A stretch of 64,000 nucleotides of DNA from Candidatus Marinacidobacterales bacterium (GCA_965226495.1 OZ245365.1:2816001-2880000); one strand, 5' to 3'; shown: positions 42,245-52,657, counted from the first letter of the stretch. The notes: generated by a model not told the origin, from the letters alone. Numbers and translations are program-made.

Positions 42245-43333
42245 ATGAAGAAGGTGATAATTCTCATCGGAACCCGAAAAGGCGGATTCCTTGCCTTTTC
42301 AGATCCGGACCGCAAGAAGTGGGAGCTAAAGGGTCCCTTCTTCAAAGGCACGCAAGTTCACCATATGACTTACGTCGATGGCGATTTCGGTGCCGTCTGC
42401 GCGACGGTGAAAAACGAATGGTGGGGCGCCGACGTGAGGATCTCCAAGGACCTTGGCGAGACCTGGCTGGAGCCCAAAAACGGAGTCCGGTTCGCAGAAG
42501 GAAGAGAGCTCTCCGTCGCCCAGGTGTGGATGATGAAGGGCGATCAACGCACCGGTAAGCCCATTCTATATGCGGGAGCCGATCCGGGAGCCCTCTTCAA
42601 GAGCAGCGATGGCGGCCAAAACTGGGAAGAGGTTCGCTCCTTGACCGAACATCCCACCCGCGAAAAATGGCAGCCCGGGGCCGGCGGAATGATGGTCCAT
42701 TCCATTTGCCTCGATCCGGAGAACCACGATCGGATGTTTGTCGGAATCTCAGCCGCCGGTGCGTTTCGGACCGACGACGGAGGAAAGACCTGGAGTCCCA
42801 AGAACAAGGGTGTGCGCGCCGATTTCATGCCGGACAAGTTTCCTGCGGTCGGCCAATGCGTTCACCACATGGAGATGCACTCGTCGAATCCGGCCGTCCT
42901 CTATCAGCAGAATCACTGCGGCGTCTACCGCTCGGAGAATGCGGGCGACGAATGGATCGACATCTCCGAAGGACTCCCCTCTCGGTTCGGATTCCCCCTG
43001 GCGGTCCACCCGCACGATGGAGACACTATTTTTGTGTGCCCGGCGGAGTCAGATCAGAATCGCATGTTGCCCGATGGCACCCTGCGCATCTTCCGCAGCC
43101 GCGACCGAGGAAACTCTTGGCAAACTCTTACCGATGGCCTCCCGCAAACGCAGGCCTACCAGCTCGTCTTGCGAGCCGCGATGGATACCGACACGCTTGA
43201 CCCGGCCGGCGTTTACGTAGGAATGCAGGGCGGCCAGCTGCTCGCCAGCCGCGATGAAGGCGATCACTGGGAGATTCTGTTCAACTGGTTGCCACCGGTG
43301 TATTCGGTTCAGACCGCGGTGGTCGAGGTTTAG
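42245..43333 (+). CDS. BNR/Asp-box repeat (sialidase-like beta-propeller) protein
   Basis: Asp boxes 'SKDLGETW', 'SSDGGQNW', 'TDDGGKTW', 'SRDRGNSW', 'SRDEGDHW'; 'QQNHCGVYRS'. Confidence 0.85.
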   Translation: MKKVIILIGTRKGGFLAFSDPDRKKWELKGPFFKGTQVHHMTYVDGDFGAVCATVKNEWWGADVRISKDLGETWLEPKNGVRFAEGRELSVAQVWMMKGDQRTGKPILYAGADPGALFKSSDGGQNWEEVRSLTEHPTREKWQPGAGGMMVHSICLDPENHDRMFVGISAAGAFRTDDGGKTWSPKNKGVRADFMPDKFPAVGQCVHHMEMHSSNPAVLYQQNHCGVYRSENAGDEWIDISEGLPSRFGFPLAVHPHDGDTIFVCPAESDQNRMLPDGTLRIFRSRDRGNSWQTLTDGLPQTQAYQLVLRAAMDTDTLDPAGVYVGMQGGQLLASRDEGDHWEILFNWLPPVYSVQTAVVEV

Positions 43334-43358
43334 CGTCCTAAGGCAGCCAGCGGACCTA

Positions 43359-43413
43359 CCCTCACCCTACCCTCTCCCAGAGGGAGAGGGAATAAAGGAA
43401 GGCAGCGAGCTTA
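43359..43413 (+). repeat. ~56-bp boxC-like repeat, copy C
   Basis: CCCTCACCCTACCCTCTCCCAGAGGGAGAGGG-AATAAA-GGAAGGCAGCGAGCTT. Confidence 0.85.
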
Positions 43414-44801
43414 CCCAAAGCTGCCAACATGTCTTCGACGGTCGTGAACTTGACTCGAGGCCGCCCTTCTTCCTTGCCCCTACTAACCTCTTTCTCGTCC
43501 AGCTTCTTCCAATCCTTCCAAGAAACGAAGTTCGGTTTTCTCTCCCGAACGAGCTTCTCGGCGGCCACCGGATCAGGCCCCGCCGGGGTGAGTGTCGACC
43601 CGTTTGCGAGATCTTCCATCATGCCGTTCACGGTCTCTAACGCGTCAGGCTTGTTGGTGCCGATGACCCCGCTGGGCCCTCGCTTGATCCAGCCTGCGGT
43701 GTAGAGTCCGGTAACGGGCTTTTTCGACCCGGGCTCGATCACTCTCCCCTTTTCGTTGAGTATCACGCCCCACTTCTCGTGGAAAGGGACACCGGGGAGC
43801 TGCACCCCACGGTATCCCACCGAGCGAAACACGAGACCGACGGGCAGCTCTTCGAAGGTTTCCGTCTCTCGAGGGCGAAGAGTTCCTGTCTCGGTGGCGT
43901 AGAGCTCGTTCTTGACAATCTTCATGCTTGCGACCTCACCGGCGGCATTGCCGATTAGCTCTACCGGTGAAACGAGAAAGCGCAGGATGAGACTTCGAGG
44001 CTTCCCTGACTCCTCGCGAGCCGCATACTCCTGAAGGATTTCCACCTTCCTCGCCGTCGACTTGTCCTCTTCCACCGATTGCTTGCTAAGCGCATCCAGC
44101 TCGGCTTCCTCGGGCAAAACGATGATGTTGGCGCCGGGCATCTCGCCGAGCTCCTTGATCTCGGGATTCGTGAACGCCGCCTGGGCCGGGCCTCGTCGCC
44201 CTAGCATGTAGACTTCCTTGATCCGGCTGCCACGCAATTCCTTCTCGGCATAATCAGCGATATCGGTCTCCGCCAGCTCCTCCGTAGTGCGGCACAGGAT
44301 CCGAGCCACGTCCACGGCAACATTTCCAACTCCAACCACCGCCGCCCGCTCCTGTGACAAATCGAACTTGCGATCTCGATAGTCAGGGTGCCCGTTGTAC
44401 CAAGCAACGAACTCGGTCGCAGCATGGCTCCCCTCGAGGTCCTCTCCAGGTATGCCGAGGCTGCGGTCGGTCTGCGCCCCGGTCGAGAAAAGGATCTGGT
44501 GGTAGTGCTTTTTCAAATCGGCCAAAGTAACGTCGGCGCCGAACTCGACGTACCCATAGAACCTAAAACTTGTTCTGTCCGCGATCCGGTCATAGGCCTT
44601 GGTAACCGATTTGATCTTCTGATGGTCCGGCGCGACACCGCCGCGCACCAAACCGAAAGGAGTCGGGAGTCGATCGTACATGTCGACCTCGATCGTTACC
44701 TCCTTTTGTTTGAACAGATGTTCCGCTGCATAGAAGCCGGTGGGGCCAGCGCCAATGATCGCGACACGAAGTGGGTTGCTTTCGCTTCCAATTTCTGCCA
44801 T
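43362..44801 (-). CDS. fprA: Ferredoxin-NADP+ reductase (FprA/adrenodoxin-reductase type)
   Basis: 'IIGAGPTGFYAA', 'PFGLVRGGVAPDH', 'GVGNVAVDVARIL', 'GRRGPAQAAFT', 'GWIKRGPSGVIGTN'. Confidence 0.9.
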   Translation of the reverse strand: MAEIGSESNPLRVAIIGAGPTGFYAAEHLFKQKEVTIEVDMYDRLPTPFGLVRGGVAPDHQKIKSVTKAYDRIADRTSFRFYGYVEFGADVTLADLKKHYHQILFSTGAQTDRSLGIPGEDLEGSHAATEFVAWYNGHPDYRDRKFDLSQERAAVVGVGNVAVDVARILCRTTEELAETDIADYAEKELRGSRIKEVYMLGRRGPAQAAFTNPEIKELGEMPGANIIVLPEEAELDALSKQSVEEDKSTARKVEILQEYAAREESGKPRSLILRFLVSPVELIGNAAGEVASMKIVKNELYATETGTLRPRETETFEELPVGLVFRSVGYRGVQLPGVPFHEKWGVILNEKGRVIEPGSKKPVTGLYTAGWIKRGPSGVIGTNKPDALETVNGMMEDLANGSTLTPAGPDPVAAEKLVRERKPNFVSWKDWKKLDEKEVSRGKEEGRPRVKFTTVEDMLAALGKLAAFLYSLSLWERVG

Positions 44802-44824
44802 CTATGCTTTCCTTTAGGTCGTGC

Positions 44825-45244
44825 TCAAATCTGATCGTCCAACGTTTCCAACTCACCCTCGTATTCGTCTCGTTGCGCCTTCACGACGTCACCGATAGAA
44901 ACGATCCCGACCAGCTTGCCTTGGTCCATGATCGGCAAATGGCGAAAGCGTTTTTCGGTCATGGTGTGGAGCACCGGGCGTAAGGCGTCCTGAGGCACGC
45001 CATGGATAACGTTGATGGTCATGAGGTCTCTGACGGTTTGCGAAAACACTTGTTCGTTCTTGACCGCGGCGCGCACGATGTCTCGTTCGGAAAGGATTCC
45101 GACCGGTTGGCCTCCTTCGTCCACCGCGACCAGAGCTCCAATATTGTGCTCGGCGAGCAACGCAATTGCCTCTCTAATTGTCTGCTCAGGCCCGATGGTT
45201 ATGACTCCCATCCCCTTCTTGGCCAGGATGGCTCCAATGTTCAT
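44825..45244 (-). CDS. CBS-domain pair protein
   Basis: 'IGALV', 'GILSERDI', 'RFRHLPI', 'GIVSIGDVVK'. Confidence 0.9.
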   Translation of the reverse strand: MNIGAILAKKGMGVITIGPEQTIREAIALLAEHNIGALVAVDEGGQPVGILSERDIVRAAVKNEQVFSQTVRDLMTINVIHGVPQDALRPVLHTMTEKRFRHLPIMDQGKLVGIVSIGDVVKAQRDEYEGELETLDDQI

Positions 45245-45299
45245 GTCACACCCCCTCGCTTAGATCTCAACCGTAACACGCCGGCTGCCAACAAGCCCC

Positions 45300-45839
45300 C
45301 TAATTAGGCTCCGTCGTGTTCGGGGAGGTACCCTCCGATGGCCGCCGTTCCATGGTTCCCTGCGGTGGCGGTCGACCCGGCGGCCGCGCCACTCCCACGC
45401 CGTGACGATAAACGAGCGCGGCCCCTCGGCTCCCGGTCTCGAGCAGAAGCCACTGCCCCCCCACCGCGATAATGAGCGCTAGCAACCGAAGCCTTGTAAC
45501 CCGGAGCACTGGCTCCTTCCGATCCCGCCATAGGATTTCGAACCGGAGCAAAGCGAGCCCTATGAATGCGATCAGCACGAAAAACGCCCAATCGCTATGC
45601 TCGCCGATCAAGAGCTTCACCTCGCCCGAGACCGAGACGTACTGTTCAGCGGCGAATTTCCCCGCCGTGACAGCGGCTCCCGCCCCCAGAATTCCGAGGC
45701 CGTAGAGCGCAATCGCGGCCCGGTCCAACCAAACGAAGCGTCGCATCACGACGCACCCCAGGTCGAAGAGCAGTGCCCCTAGGAACAGGGCGATCGGATA
45801 GTGAACCAGCAGCGGGTGGAGGTTCGGTACAGATTCCAA
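45300..45839 (-). CDS. DUF2231 membrane protein
   Basis: 'NLHPLLVHYPIAL', 'AVTAG', conserved His in 'GEH', 'TG.RGA.LVYRHGVGV'. Confidence 0.8.
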   Translation of the reverse strand: MESVPNLHPLLVHYPIALFLGALLFDLGCVVMRRFVWLDRAAIALYGLGILGAGAAVTAGKFAAEQYVSVSGEVKLLIGEHSDWAFFVLIAFIGLALLRFEILWRDRKEPVLRVTRLRLLALIIAVGGQWLLLETGSRGAALVYRHGVGVARPPGRPPPQGTMERRPSEGTSPNTTEPN

Positions 45840-45942
45840 AGGGATTTTCCTGGCTGAGTCTAGGTGGGAAGTACTGGCCGATCGATGTCGTCATCACGGA
45901 GGTCCAAACCTCGCCGGCCCATCAATTGTGAAAGGTACGCCT

Positions 45943-46425
45943 TTACAAGTCTTCCTCTTCTAGTATTTCCTCATAGGTCTTGACGACGCCGCCATAGTCG
46001 CCGCGAAAAGTATCCGCCGATTCTCGACCCTTGAAGGCGATCAGGCTCGGCATACACCGGTCCCAGGTCAGCTGATACTGAACCCCAGAGCGATCTTCTT
46101 CTACCATTTTCTTATGGCAGAGGTTCACCGAGCTTCCTTCCACAAAAAATGCATCGTTCGCATCGACACGTTGTCCGGTATCGAAGTCCGTGACCTCGGC
46201 GGAAGCAACGTCGGTCCGATCTCTCTGAAATCGCAGTCCGCATCGGGGGCAGCAAGCCTTTTGGGCCGCGCCATCTTCAAGGCGAATCTCGTATGCGGTC
46301 GCCTCGTGGACTGAACGGTGGCATACCTCGCACACCCCTTCGGGGCGGAGTTGCACGTAGGTGAAGTACCCGACGGATCCAGCCAGTCCCAGGAGGGCAA
46401 CAACCATTAGGATTCTCGTCGCCAT
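45943..46425 (-). CDS. NosL-like membrane-anchored, Cys-rich metal-binding protein
   Basis: N-terminal TM; 'CEVCH', 'CCPRC', 'VTDFDTGQRVDANDAFFVEGS', 'MPSLIAF....A..F...YGG.V..YEE'. Confidence 0.65.
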   Translation of the reverse strand: MATRILMVVALLGLAGSVGYFTYVQLRPEGVCEVCHRSVHEATAYEIRLEDGAAQKACCPRCGLRFQRDRTDVASAEVTDFDTGQRVDANDAFFVEGSSVNLCHKKMVEEDRSGVQYQLTWDRCMPSLIAFKGRESADTFRGDYGGVVKTYEEILEEEDL

Positions 46426-46536
46426 TGGTTCACCTCGCATCCAGTGGGCGGGAACACCGCCAAACGCACGCCCAGGTTACACAATCCCCCGCGGGTCGGG
46501 CAAATGCCTCACCGTCGTGTTGATTGCTGGACCGCT

Positions 46537-49500
46537 TCATCTTTCCTCAAGACCCCAACCCTTCCAGATGTAATAGATGGATGGGTACACCAGCAGGACG
46601 ACGATCACCGAAGTGACCATCCCACCTACCATCGGGGTGGCGATGCGTTTCATTACGTCTGCACCGGTTCCGTGGCTCCACATAATGGGTAGAAGTCCCG
46701 CCATGATGACGCTGGCGGTCATGATCTTGGGGCGAACGCGGGTAACTGCGCCGTGAAACACCGCTTCGACCAGATCCTTCTTGCTTCGCATCCGGCCACC
46801 GAGCACGGCGTCCTGGTAGGCGATGTCGAGGTAGAGCAACATCACGACGCCTGTCTCGGCGCTCACGCCAGCTAGCGCAATGATCCCAACCCAAACCGCA
46901 ATACTCAGGTTGTAGTCGAGCACATAGAGCAACCAGAAGGCACCGATGAGAGCAAAAGGCACCGCCAAAAGTACGATGAGCGTCTTGAAGATGGATCGCG
47001 TGTTCAAATAAATAATGAGGAACGTGATCATCAAAGTCATCGGCACGACGACCATCAGCCGCTTCTGGGCCCTCACCATGTACTCGTACTGTCCACTCCA
47101 GCTGATGCTGTAACCTGCAGGCAGGGCGATCTTCTCCGCCACCGCCTGCTGCGCCCTCTTGACATAGGTGCCCACGTCAATATTTGTGATGTCGACGTAG
47201 ATCCAGGCATTCGGTCGGGAGTTCTCGCTCTTGATCGCAGGAGGGCCCTTCTCGAATCTGAGCTCCGCCAGGTGCCCCAGCGGAATGTGCTGCCCGATCG
47301 GCGTCGCAACTAGGATTTCCCGCAGCGCGGGTAGATTGTCACGCAGTTCCCGGCTGTAGCGTAGATTGACCGGGTAGCGTTCAAGGCCCTCCACGGTCGT
47401 CGTAATATTCATGCCTCCAATGGCGGTTTGAATCACATCCTGCACATCGCCGACCGTCAGTCCGTACCGTGCGATCTCCTCCCGTTTGATGTCGATGTTC
47501 AGATAGTTACCACCCATGACTCGCTCTGAGTAAACCGAAAGGGTTCCGGGCACGTGGCGGATGACGGCTTCGATCTCCCTACCGATATTCTCGAGCGTCG
47601 TCAGATCGGCTCCTGACACCTTGATACCAACCGGGGTCTTAATCCCCGTCGAAAGCATATCGATACGCGTCTTAATAGGCATGGTCCAAGCGTTGGTCAG
47701 TCCCGGGAATTGGATGGCCTGGTTCAACTCGTTGGTCAACTTGTCTACGGTCATGCCCGGCCGCCACTCTGATTCCGGTTTGAGCATGATAGTGGTCTCG
47801 ATCATCGACAGCGGAGCCGGATCAGTTGCCGTATCCGCCCGCCCCACCTTTCCAAAGACATGACGCACCTCCGGAAACTCTTTGATGATTTTGTCGGTTT
47901 GCTGAAGTATCTGGCGGGCTTTAGTGACCGACACGCCAGGTAGCGTAGTGGGCATGTAAAGCAAGTCTCCCTCCCAGAGGGGCGGCATGAACTCGGAGCC
48001 CAGACCGGCAATGGGAATGAGAGTGCTGACCATGAGGAGTAGGGCCACCAGCAGTACCGACCACCTGAACTTCAAAACGAAATGGAGGACAGGCTCGTAC
48101 ACTCGGATCAGAACCCGGCTGATCGGATTCTTTTTTTCCGGCCTAATTCTTCCCCGAATCCAGTAACCCATGAGGACGGGAACAATGGTGACCGACAGCA
48201 AGGCGGCGGCGGCCATCGCGTAGGTCTTCGTAAACGCGAGCGGCTTGAACAGCCTCCCCTCCTGGGCTTCGAGTGTAAAAACCGGAGCGAAGGACACCGT
48301 GATCACGAGTAGGGCGTAAAAAAGGGTGGGACCGACTTCCTTGGCCGCGTCGCCTATGATTTGCCAATGCTCCTTCTGGTTACCATAGCGCTCGAGATGC
48401 TTGTGAGCGTTCTCGATCATGATGATGGCCGCATCCACCATCGCGCCAATGGCAATCGCAATTCCGCCCAAGGACATGATGTTCGAGTTGAGTCCCTGCT
48501 GTTGCATCACGATGAACGCCATCAAGATGGCCACCGGGAGGGTGAGGATCGCGACCAATGCCGAGCGCAGATGTAGAAGAAAAATGAGACAAACCAGAGC
48601 GACGACGAGGCTCTCCTCGAGAAGTTTTTCCGCGAGGTTCGCTATGGATCTTTCGATGAGGCCTGAGCGGTCGTAGACCGTCAAGATTTCAACGTCCTCC
48701 GGCAGCCCTTGTTTGAGCTCCTCGAGCTTCTCTTTGACACCTTGAATGACCTCATAAGCGTTGGCGCCAAAGCGCACCACGATGATGCCGCCAACCACTT
48801 CTCCTTCACCGTTGAGCTCTGCCAGGCCGCGACGCATGTCCGGTCCCAGTTGCACCGTGCCGACATCCTTCAAAATAATGGGCGTTCCTCTGTCATCCAC
48901 CCCGAGCGCAACATTCTTAATGTCTTCCACGTCCCGGATGTAGCCCTCCCCTCGCACCATGAACTCGGTCTCCGACATTTCGAGCACCCTGCCGCCTACA
49001 TCGCTGTTACTCCGTTGCACGGCGCTACGGATCCTCGAAATGGAAACGTTGTAAGCCCGCAGTTTGTTGGGGTCGACGGTAATCTGGTACTGCTTGACGA
49101 ATCCTCCAATACTAGCGACCTCGGAGACCCCGGGAACGGAAGTAAGCTCGTACTTCAAGAACCAGTCCTGGATACTTCGCAGGTCACCAAGATTTCGTGT
49201 TTTTGACGTCAAGACGTACTGAAAGGCCCAACCCACTCCCGTCGCATCCGGCCCCAATGTGGGACTCACACCCTTCGGCAGGCGGGCGCTAACATAGTTC
49301 ATGTATTCGAGCACCCGGCTCCGCGCCCAGTACATGTCCGTACCGTCTTCGAAGATCACATAGACGAAAGAAAACCCGAAGAACGAATATCCACGCACCA
49401 CCTTTGCGAAGGGTACCGCCAGCATCTGCGTCGTGATCGGATAGGTGATCTGATCCTCGACGACCTGAGGCGCTTGCCCCGGATACTCCGTAAAAATAAT

Positions 49501-49641
49501 CACCTGAACGTCGGATAGATCGGGAATGGCGTCTAGCGGCGTGTTGCGAAGCGCGTACAGGCCCCACAGCGTGAGAAAGAGGGTCGCCATGATGACCAGG
49601 AACTTGTTGTCGAGAGACCACTGAATAATCTTTTCGAGCAT
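46537..49641 (-). CDS. cusA: CusA/SilA heavy-metal RND efflux pump
   Basis: 'PLDAIPDLSDVQVI', 'LGPDATGVGW', 'GAMVDAAIIMIEN', Met sites 'FMPPL', 'PLSMIET', 'WTMPIK'; 'RVRPKIMT'. Confidence 0.95.
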   Translation of the reverse strand: MLEKIIQWSLDNKFLVIMATLFLTLWGLYALRNTPLDAIPDLSDVQVIIFTEYPGQAPQVVEDQITYPITTQMLAVPFAKVVRGYSFFGFSFVYVIFEDGTDMYWARSRVLEYMNYVSARLPKGVSPTLGPDATGVGWAFQYVLTSKTRNLGDLRSIQDWFLKYELTSVPGVSEVASIGGFVKQYQITVDPNKLRAYNVSISRIRSAVQRSNSDVGGRVLEMSETEFMVRGEGYIRDVEDIKNVALGVDDRGTPIILKDVGTVQLGPDMRRGLAELNGEGEVVGGIIVVRFGANAYEVIQGVKEKLEELKQGLPEDVEILTVYDRSGLIERSIANLAEKLLEESLVVALVCLIFLLHLRSALVAILTLPVAILMAFIVMQQQGLNSNIMSLGGIAIAIGAMVDAAIIMIENAHKHLERYGNQKEHWQIIGDAAKEVGPTLFYALLVITVSFAPVFTLEAQEGRLFKPLAFTKTYAMAAAALLSVTIVPVLMGYWIRGRIRPEKKNPISRVLIRVYEPVLHFVLKFRWSVLLVALLLMVSTLIPIAGLGSEFMPPLWEGDLLYMPTTLPGVSVTKARQILQQTDKIIKEFPEVRHVFGKVGRADTATDPAPLSMIETTIMLKPESEWRPGMTVDKLTNELNQAIQFPGLTNAWTMPIKTRIDMLSTGIKTPVGIKVSGADLTTLENIGREIEAVIRHVPGTLSVYSERVMGGNYLNIDIKREEIARYGLTVGDVQDVIQTAIGGMNITTTVEGLERYPVNLRYSRELRDNLPALREILVATPIGQHIPLGHLAELRFEKGPPAIKSENSRPNAWIYVDITNIDVGTYVKRAQQAVAEKIALPAGYSISWSGQYEYMVRAQKRLMVVVPMTLMITFLIIYLNTRSIFKTLIVLLAVPFALIGAFWLLYVLDYNLSIAVWVGIIALAGVSAETGVVMLLYLDIAYQDAVLGGRMRSKKDLVEAVFHGAVTRVRPKIMTASVIMAGLLPIMWSHGTGADVMKRIATPMVGGMVTSVIVVLLVYPSIYYIWKGWGLEER

Positions 49642-49662
49642 GGCTTCTTTCCGCGACCTGGT

Positions 49663-51150
49663 CTAGTTCTGGTGTTCCATCGCAGCGGGACCCGTCTGTG
49701 CAGCCCCGGTCTCCTTTTCTGAGATCATCTTCTGGATTGCCTCGTGCAGGTTGCTCTCAGAGTCGATCAAAAACTGCGACGAAACGACTACCATGTCGCC
49801 TTCCTCGAGGCCGTCCTTCACTTCCCACAATCCCCCGCCATTCACTCCCAACACGACTTCCTTGACTTGAAACCGCCCCTCGCCGCGGTCCAGCACGATG
49901 ACGTTCCGGATTCCGCTGTGTATGACGGCTTCTTCTGGGACGGCTAGGACGTTTCGCGCCGACGGCACGTCGAAAACAACGTTCGCGTACATATTGGCCC
50001 TCAGTTTCTGACCCGGGTTGGGAAGCTCGATGGAGACTTTCATAGTGCGGGTTTTTTGATCAAAAAACGGATAGATATAACGAACTCTGCCTGAGTACTG
50101 TTTGCCGGGCTCGTAGGGGAATTCGATCCGGGCGCGCTGACCGATCTTAAGCCACTCCACTTGATGCTCGAAGACCTCGACTTCAACCCAAACGGTGGAC
50201 AGATCCACGATCTTATAAAGGTTCATGCCGGCCTTGACGTGCATGCCCTCTAACGCTTGATCCATTTTTTCTACGACCAGGCCAGTCATCGGCGAGACCA
50301 CAGCCAGAGTCCTGTTGACCTCACGCGTCTCTTCCAATCTTGCTATTTGTGCGTCGCTTATGTCCCAGTATTCGAGTCGCTCACGGGCCGACTCGAGGAG
50401 GGCGCGCGCCCGCGCAGCGACATCCGGGTACTGCCCTTGCTCCATGCGTTGCGTGTAGTCCAGGGCTTGGAGGTATTCTTTTTGAGTCGTTACGAGCTGG
50501 GGGCTGTAGATCTCGAAGAGCTCTTGCCCCTTCTCGACAGGCTCGCCAACGTAGTTGACGAAAACGTTCTCGATCCAACCTTCGAACTTCGTGTTCACCC
50601 ACGTGATTTGGCCGTCGTTGTAGGTCAGAGTGCCCACGGTTCGAATGGTAAAGGGAATGTCGGTTCGTTCGAGCTGAACGGAGTCAACACCAATGTTTTG
50701 CACGAAAACCGGATCGATCCGAATGGTTCCCGGCGGCGCATCTTCGACTTCGTCCTCGTATACAGGTATCAAGTCCATCCCCATGGGGGACTTTCCTGGC
50801 TTATCCGAAATGAAGGTGGGATCCATGGGGGCCTGCCAGTACTTGACCGTGCGATCCGCCTGAGCCTCCAAGTGCTCCGTTCTGCGAGATTGCGTTCCCT
50901 TGGCCGGTACCAGCTTCATTGTGCAGATGGGGCATTCTCCGGGCTCGTCCCGAATGACCTGAGGATGCATACCGCAGGTCCAGAGTTGCTTTCTTCCGTC
51001 GCTCTCACTAGCAACCTCGTCGCCACCCAACAGAAGATGCCCCACCTGGTGCATCCATTCCCACTGAAACGGGTTCGACAGCAGAAATGTGGTGAGGAGG
51101 ACGCCTAGCGCAAAGCTGAACAAAACAAAGAAGACGCCCTTTTTCTTCAT
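49663..51150 (-). CDS. cusB: CusB-like RND periplasmic adaptor with N-terminal heavy-metal-binding domains
   Basis: 'WTCGMHPQV....PGECPIC.MKLVP', 'YWQAPMDP....DKPGKSPMGMDLIP', 'IYSPQLV..QKEYL', 'QFLIDSESNL'. Confidence 0.9.
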   Translation of the reverse strand: MKKKGVFFVLFSFALGVLLTTFLLSNPFQWEWMHQVGHLLLGGDEVASESDGRKQLWTCGMHPQVIRDEPGECPICTMKLVPAKGTQSRRTEHLEAQADRTVKYWQAPMDPTFISDKPGKSPMGMDLIPVYEDEVEDAPPGTIRIDPVFVQNIGVDSVQLERTDIPFTIRTVGTLTYNDGQITWVNTKFEGWIENVFVNYVGEPVEKGQELFEIYSPQLVTTQKEYLQALDYTQRMEQGQYPDVAARARALLESARERLEYWDISDAQIARLEETREVNRTLAVVSPMTGLVVEKMDQALEGMHVKAGMNLYKIVDLSTVWVEVEVFEHQVEWLKIGQRARIEFPYEPGKQYSGRVRYIYPFFDQKTRTMKVSIELPNPGQKLRANMYANVVFDVPSARNVLAVPEEAVIHSGIRNVIVLDRGEGRFQVKEVVLGVNGGGLWEVKDGLEEGDMVVVSSQFLIDSESNLHEAIQKMISEKETGAAQTGPAAMEHQN

Positions 51151-51157
51151 CGTGACC

Positions 51158-52513
51158 TCACCTCGGAAACTTGGTCCCCACGGCCCGCTCTAGATCCGCG
51201 AGAGCCGTGAGATGATCCGAGTAATGACGCGCGTTCATGAGACGCACGTCTAGCAAGACGCGTTCGCTATCTAGAAGTTCGAGCACGCCGAGTTGGCCCG
51301 TCTCATACGCCGCCTCCGTGGAGCGAAGAACCTCCTCGGCCTGGACAATCAAGACGTTCTCGAACAATCGCACCTGCTCCTGGAGTGTCTCGACCCGAAT
51401 CACCTGATCCCGGATGGAGAACTCCATTTCATTGCGAACGGTCGCGTAGTTGCTTCGCTGCGCGGACAGCTCCGCCGCGGCCTGTTGTACACCGCCATCG
51501 TACTTGCCTTGCCAAATCGGGATGGTGATGCCAACGCCAAGGCTAAAGGCGTTCTTGCCGTTATCGGAAGGGGGTTGCATAACCCCGGCAGGATCGTCCC
51601 GCTTGCCGACGTTGATGAAACCCGCACTCACCATGAAATCTGGCCACGGCTCTTTCTTTGCAAGATCGATGGATCGCTCGCCGCGTTCGATCAAGGCGGC
51701 TGCGGCTTTGAGCTCCTGACGATTCGCCTCGCCGAGCTCATAGAGCTCTTCGAGATTCAGGGCAACGCTCGGAAGGCTGGTGAGCGCGACCCTCGGCAGG
51801 GGCTCATGGGGGGGGCGGTCCATCAATGTGTTCAGATTGCCCACGAGGGACACTCGCTGCCGGTTGAGGGTGTTTAGCCGATCAATAACCCTGGTGATCT
51901 CGGCCTGTAGCTTTATCACCGCTTGTTGCAAACCTTGTCCGGTGGCATAGCGCGTCTGAGCCAACCCCTCGTAGTGCTCCAACAACGATCTGTCTTCCTC
52001 GGCGATTCGGACCGCAGCGTCCACATAGCCGAGCCCGTAGTACGCCTTCTTGACGCGAGCAATGACTTCTCTTTGCCGAGCCATGTAGAGTTGGTCCCAT
52101 GCCGCGGCTTCCTGCGTCGCGACCTTTCCTCGAAGGTCGAGCGTTCCAAACCAAGGGAATGCCTGGCTCAGCGTGAAACTGTTCACCTGGGGGCCGACGC
52201 GCGTCTCCACGGAACGAATGGCTTGGTTGAAACCAAACATTGGGTCGGGAAGGTCGCTCACTTGTGGCACTTTCTCGACTGCCGCCTGGTAGCGGGCCAA
52301 CGCCTCTTGAATGGAAGGATTCCCCGCGAGCGCCTCTTGTATGTAGGCCCGGAGTGTCGCTTCCTCGGTATAGAAGTCGGCTTGCCCTTGCCGAACTCCC
52401 GTGCCCGGAGTTTCAGGCTCGGCTTGGGCGCCATCGACGCGACTCGAAAGTAGCCAGGCCGATAGGCCGAGTATTAGGAACAACCCTCTCCGGCCGTAGT
52501 TGTGTGATTTCAC
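51158..52513 (-). CDS. cusC: TolC-family outer-membrane efflux protein (CusC equivalent)
   Basis: 'AL..NP.I', 'LPDPM', 'SQAFPWFG', 'AYETG....LELLD', 'ADLERAVG'; first gene of the cusB-cusA operon. Confidence 0.85.
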   Translation of the reverse strand: MKSHNYGRRGLFLILGLSAWLLSSRVDGAQAEPETPGTGVRQGQADFYTEEATLRAYIQEALAGNPSIQEALARYQAAVEKVPQVSDLPDPMFGFNQAIRSVETRVGPQVNSFTLSQAFPWFGTLDLRGKVATQEAAAWDQLYMARQREVIARVKKAYYGLGYVDAAVRIAEEDRSLLEHYEGLAQTRYATGQGLQQAVIKLQAEITRVIDRLNTLNRQRVSLVGNLNTLMDRPPHEPLPRVALTSLPSVALNLEELYELGEANRQELKAAAALIERGERSIDLAKKEPWPDFMVSAGFINVGKRDDPAGVMQPPSDNGKNAFSLGVGITIPIWQGKYDGGVQQAAAELSAQRSNYATVRNEMEFSIRDQVIRVETLQEQVRLFENVLIVQAEEVLRSTEAAYETGQLGVLELLDSERVLLDVRLMNARHYSDHLTALADLERAVGTKFPR

Positions 52514-52544
52514 CCAAGCCTCCCTCTTCAGTACTCAAAGGAAA

Positions 52545-52560
52545 AGCAAACAGTGTGCCA
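52545..52560 (-). promoter_or_regulatory. sigma54 (-24/-12) promoter of the cus operon
   Basis: Minus strand TGGCACACTGTTTGCT matches TGGCAC-N5-TTGCW; ~30 bp upstream of the cusC start and its GGAGG RBS. Confidence 0.85.
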
Positions 52561-52657
52561 TCGAACGCTTAATGTGATAACTGACTTATTTATAGTCGTT
52601 TGCATCCATTATCTGAATTGGGATGAACGGAAGACCTATTGGAGAAATGGCGATCAA

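Noticed and set aside
42245-43360. Expected MoaD/ThiS partner after the BNR-repeat gene
   Set aside because: No such ORF is present; its absence alone is not informative.
43340-43410. AAGGCAGC(C/G)AGC direct repeat flanking repeat copy C as a target-site duplication
   Set aside because: The second copy is part of the element's conserved tail, and the other copies lack flanking duplications.
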